From the NCBI GenBank assembly GCA_964252035.1, contig OZ176207.1: DNA of 64,000 bases; one strand, 5' to 3'. Source of the stretch: Podarcis erhardii. Taxonomy: Eukaryota. A model generated the notes under the pieces. It had not been told where the DNA came from and made no database searches. It saw nothing but the letters and a program-made list of their open reading frames with translations. Position numbers and translations under genes: made by a program. Positions 61,458 through 64,000 of this stretch are shown in pieces (the stretch's first letter is position 1; each line of letters starts with the position of its first letter).

Positions 61458-61835
61458 TTGAAGGCACTGAGTTAGCTTTGAGATTTACTGTTAAATGTAA
61501 TTTTCTGAGATTTCCCTTTGGGATTTTTATGGGAATACTATAAATTACTCAGATATTGCACATTTCAGGTATTAAGGTTCTAGTTTTATAATCTTTGACT
61601 TGAACAGGAATGTGTTGCAGTAATTGTCATAAGCTCTGTGGTTATTGACATTTACCAGTAATTCTTAAAACTGGACACAAGGTCAGAAGCAATGCCAGAT
61701 CATGGTTTGGCGCTATGCGAATGAAAATGGCAGGACTGTACTGATTTAAGATCAACAAGCTATGTCTCTTCAGTTTTAGCTAAATAGGGTAGATTCAGAA
61801 TACAGGAATTTTGCTGTCAGGTACATAGCTTAAAC

Positions 61836-61918
61836 CAGTGTGGCATAGTGATTTGAGTGTTAGTCTGGGACTTAGGAGACCAGAATCCCAGTCCCCACTC
61901 AGCCATGGAGCTCACTTT
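61836..61918 (+). mobile_element. 5' fragment of a tRNA-derived SINE (Squam3-like)
   Basis: GTGTGGCATAGTGATTTGAGTGTT...GGAGACCAGAATCCCAGTCCCCACTCAGCCATGGAGCTCACT: decayed A/B-box head. Confidence 0.45.
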
Positions 61919-63033
61919 CTATGAAGAATATGCCATTGAATTGCACACATTTATAAAGGTTTCGGCATTTACAGATTACGAAGATGGTTTCTTCCACTCA
62001 ACCTGTGCCCCAAACAAGCATACGCCCCCTTTTTGGGAAAGATGATGAACTAATATTCAAATGAAACGCACTACAGTAAGAACGCATACATAAAAAGAAG
62101 TTACATGTCCCCTGTTAGCTGTTTGACTAGCAGCCATGTAAGGCTGGCAACAGCCACCGGGGGTCCTGACATTTGCTGGTCGGCTGGACATGCATTGTAC
62201 TAATATAATGTCCTTCAAGGCTCCATCAGTCAGAGCAATCTAAGAGCAGGGTTGTGGATATTTGACACACTTTGTGCATCTCACTGCAGCGTAGGAGCTG
62301 TGGTGTTAGAAAATGGTTTGGGGGCTTCCTAGGCAAAAAGAAATTGGCCATATTGAGATCGATCCTAATTCCCCAGGGGGTTATGGAAATCCTAGATAAG
62401 AAGCAGAACAAGACACGCATTAACCTGGGCAGTCATGTGACATTGGATGAATATAATTTACCAAGCCACATCTCATAACACTGTGCAATAACCGCTTGGT
62501 AAGCTGGTCATCTGGATTCATTCTGCAGAGTATTAAGGAGAAACTTTCTCTGTTTGTCTTGAGTTATGATCAAGTGAAGAAATGTGCTATGGGTTCTTTA
62601 ATATTTGGGGAACCAATCCTTGTTACCAGCTGAATGTAAGAGACCACTGGCAACAGAACAACTTCTAAGCATTTAGAAATCTATAGCTTGTCAGCTTGAC
62701 TGAATCTTCACTGGTGTGCTAGTTTTCTTTGTGCAGATACCATTTTAGATAGAAAAGCCTTTAAGTTGGAAGTTGAAGAAAAAGGTTTGCAAAATTGTAT
62801 CCCCTTCTCCCTTTTTAAACGATGCATAAGTAGACATCCAACTGCAGTGGATGTGACTTATGTTTAGCAAAACAGGAGAAATGGGGAGATATAGAAATAG
62901 TGTCTGATTCTATACTAATATTTAGTATGTCCACATTTTTAGCTTGCTGAATTGTTTTTTACGTAATTGCTGTGAGAATTCATTTATGTGCATTTATTGC
63001 TTAATTAATACTTTCCATTGTTGTTTCCTCTAG

Positions 63034-63118
63034 AAGAAGACCTATCAGTGCATCAAGTGCCAGATGGTTTTCTACAATGAGTGGGATATCCAGGTTCATG
63101 TTGCAAATCACATGATTG
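63034..63118 (+). CDS. ZNF521: ZNF521 next coding exon (85 nt), [28 protein letters not shown] + 1 nt, one C2H2 finger
   Basis: Acceptor TTGTTTCCTCTAG ends at 63033. The phase-0 start continues ...SQSEE|KKTYQC. Donor G|GTGAGT at 63118/63119. Peptide matches the ZNF521 C-terminal region. Confidence 0.96.
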
Positions 63119-64000
63119 GTGAGTGAAGTACTAAATCTTGTTGATGATAGATAGACTCTCCTAGCTGTATTCTCATTGCCTGTAAATTTAAACAGAGTTA
63201 AGGAGAAATTAATTGTGCAACCGTCAATGATTTACCCAGGTGTGATAGATATTTTTTTAAAAAAATATATTATTAGGTCTAATAAAGCATTAGCATGTTT
63301 TATTTTCTGCAAGGGCTAGTTTAGACTTCTGCAGAGATTCATATACTACTGCCAGTCAAAACACAGGTGATTAACAAATTAAACTTCTAATCATTTTTGC
63401 ATTATTGAAAACAACTAACAGGAATGGTTAATGAACTGGTTGTTAGCTTTCCACAGAGTTTTAGACAGGTTTTAATTTCAGAAGTTATTATGCTAATGAC
63501 ACTACCGAGTGCTGCTCAAGCACCTTGGTACCAACACCAGAATTTGTGAGTTTTGTCACGAAGAAGCGTAAATAATTCAAATGGCCATAAAACAGGGATA
63601 TACATAGTATTTAAAAGCTTGAAAACAACCCAGAATGGTTCTCTACAAAATGAAATAATATATTTAATTGAGTCAAAGCTCAAGCACTGTTATTGATAGT
63701 ATTTAGAGTCTACAGTCACAATTTCTAATGATAATTTTCTTTTATAATATGGCTGAAGTTAGGAAATACCATATGAAACACTGAGCATTTTCTTTGAATC
63801 ATCATATTTTGCCATTATTTGCTTATTCCCCTGGGTTATATTTATGTTTTTAATTTGGTTACCACTTAGTAATAACACTAAGCGTTCTGCAAGCCAATTA
63901 AATTTATCAAGCACATCTTTTGCTTGCTAATAAAACAATATTGCCTTTTGTTACTGCCTATTTCTAAGAAATTCCTTTGGCAAAGAGCAGACATTAGAAT

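Noticed and set aside
61513-61523. TCCCTTTGGGA as an EBF site
   Set aside because: The spacer is 3 nt, not the 2 nt required by the EBF half-site geometry.
1-64000. CRISPR array, rRNA, NUMT, endogenous viral or bacterial insert, intact transposase or RT gene
   Set aside because: No regularly spaced repeat-spacer array, no recognisable rRNA, mitochondrial or viral sequence, and no long ORF other than ZNF521. All other listed ORFs are 131 aa or shorter and are either repeat-derived or unrecognisable.

Overview
Vertebrate genomic DNA from a squamate reptile, most likely a lacertid lizard (inferred from the Sauria-SINE type and other repeats). The window lies inside ZNF521 (EHZF/Evi3), transcribed on the + strand. 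It holds the 3,356-nt internal zinc-finger exon (44882-48237) and the following 85-nt exon (63034-63118), both with canonical splice sites and compatible phases. I did not find the upstream or downstream exons, so the rest is intron: more than 44.8 kb before the giant exon and 14.8 kb between the two exons. The introns carry four Sauria SINEs, five copies of one Tigger/pogo-like MITE, several hAT-like MITEs with 7-8 bp TSDs, L2 and CR1 LINE fragments (some nested), Penelope-like element ends, microsatellites, a 187-nt assembly gap, and repeat-poor blocks that look like conserved non-coding elements. Leading observations: (1) Penelope-like ends with minimal hammerhead ribozyme motifs; the antisense copy is intact inside a perfect 83-bp inverted repeat, while both sense copies are truncated or duplicated at the ribozyme core. 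(2) Two nested inverted repeat pairs bracket the giant exon, a possible circRNA geometry. (3) A 51-bp fold-back SINE-tail insertion with a 13-bp TSD. (4) Several EBF-like sites in the introns of an EBF-antagonist gene. I found no convincing wholly new gene system. Functional claims are hypotheses, and family names come from recall rather than database searches.
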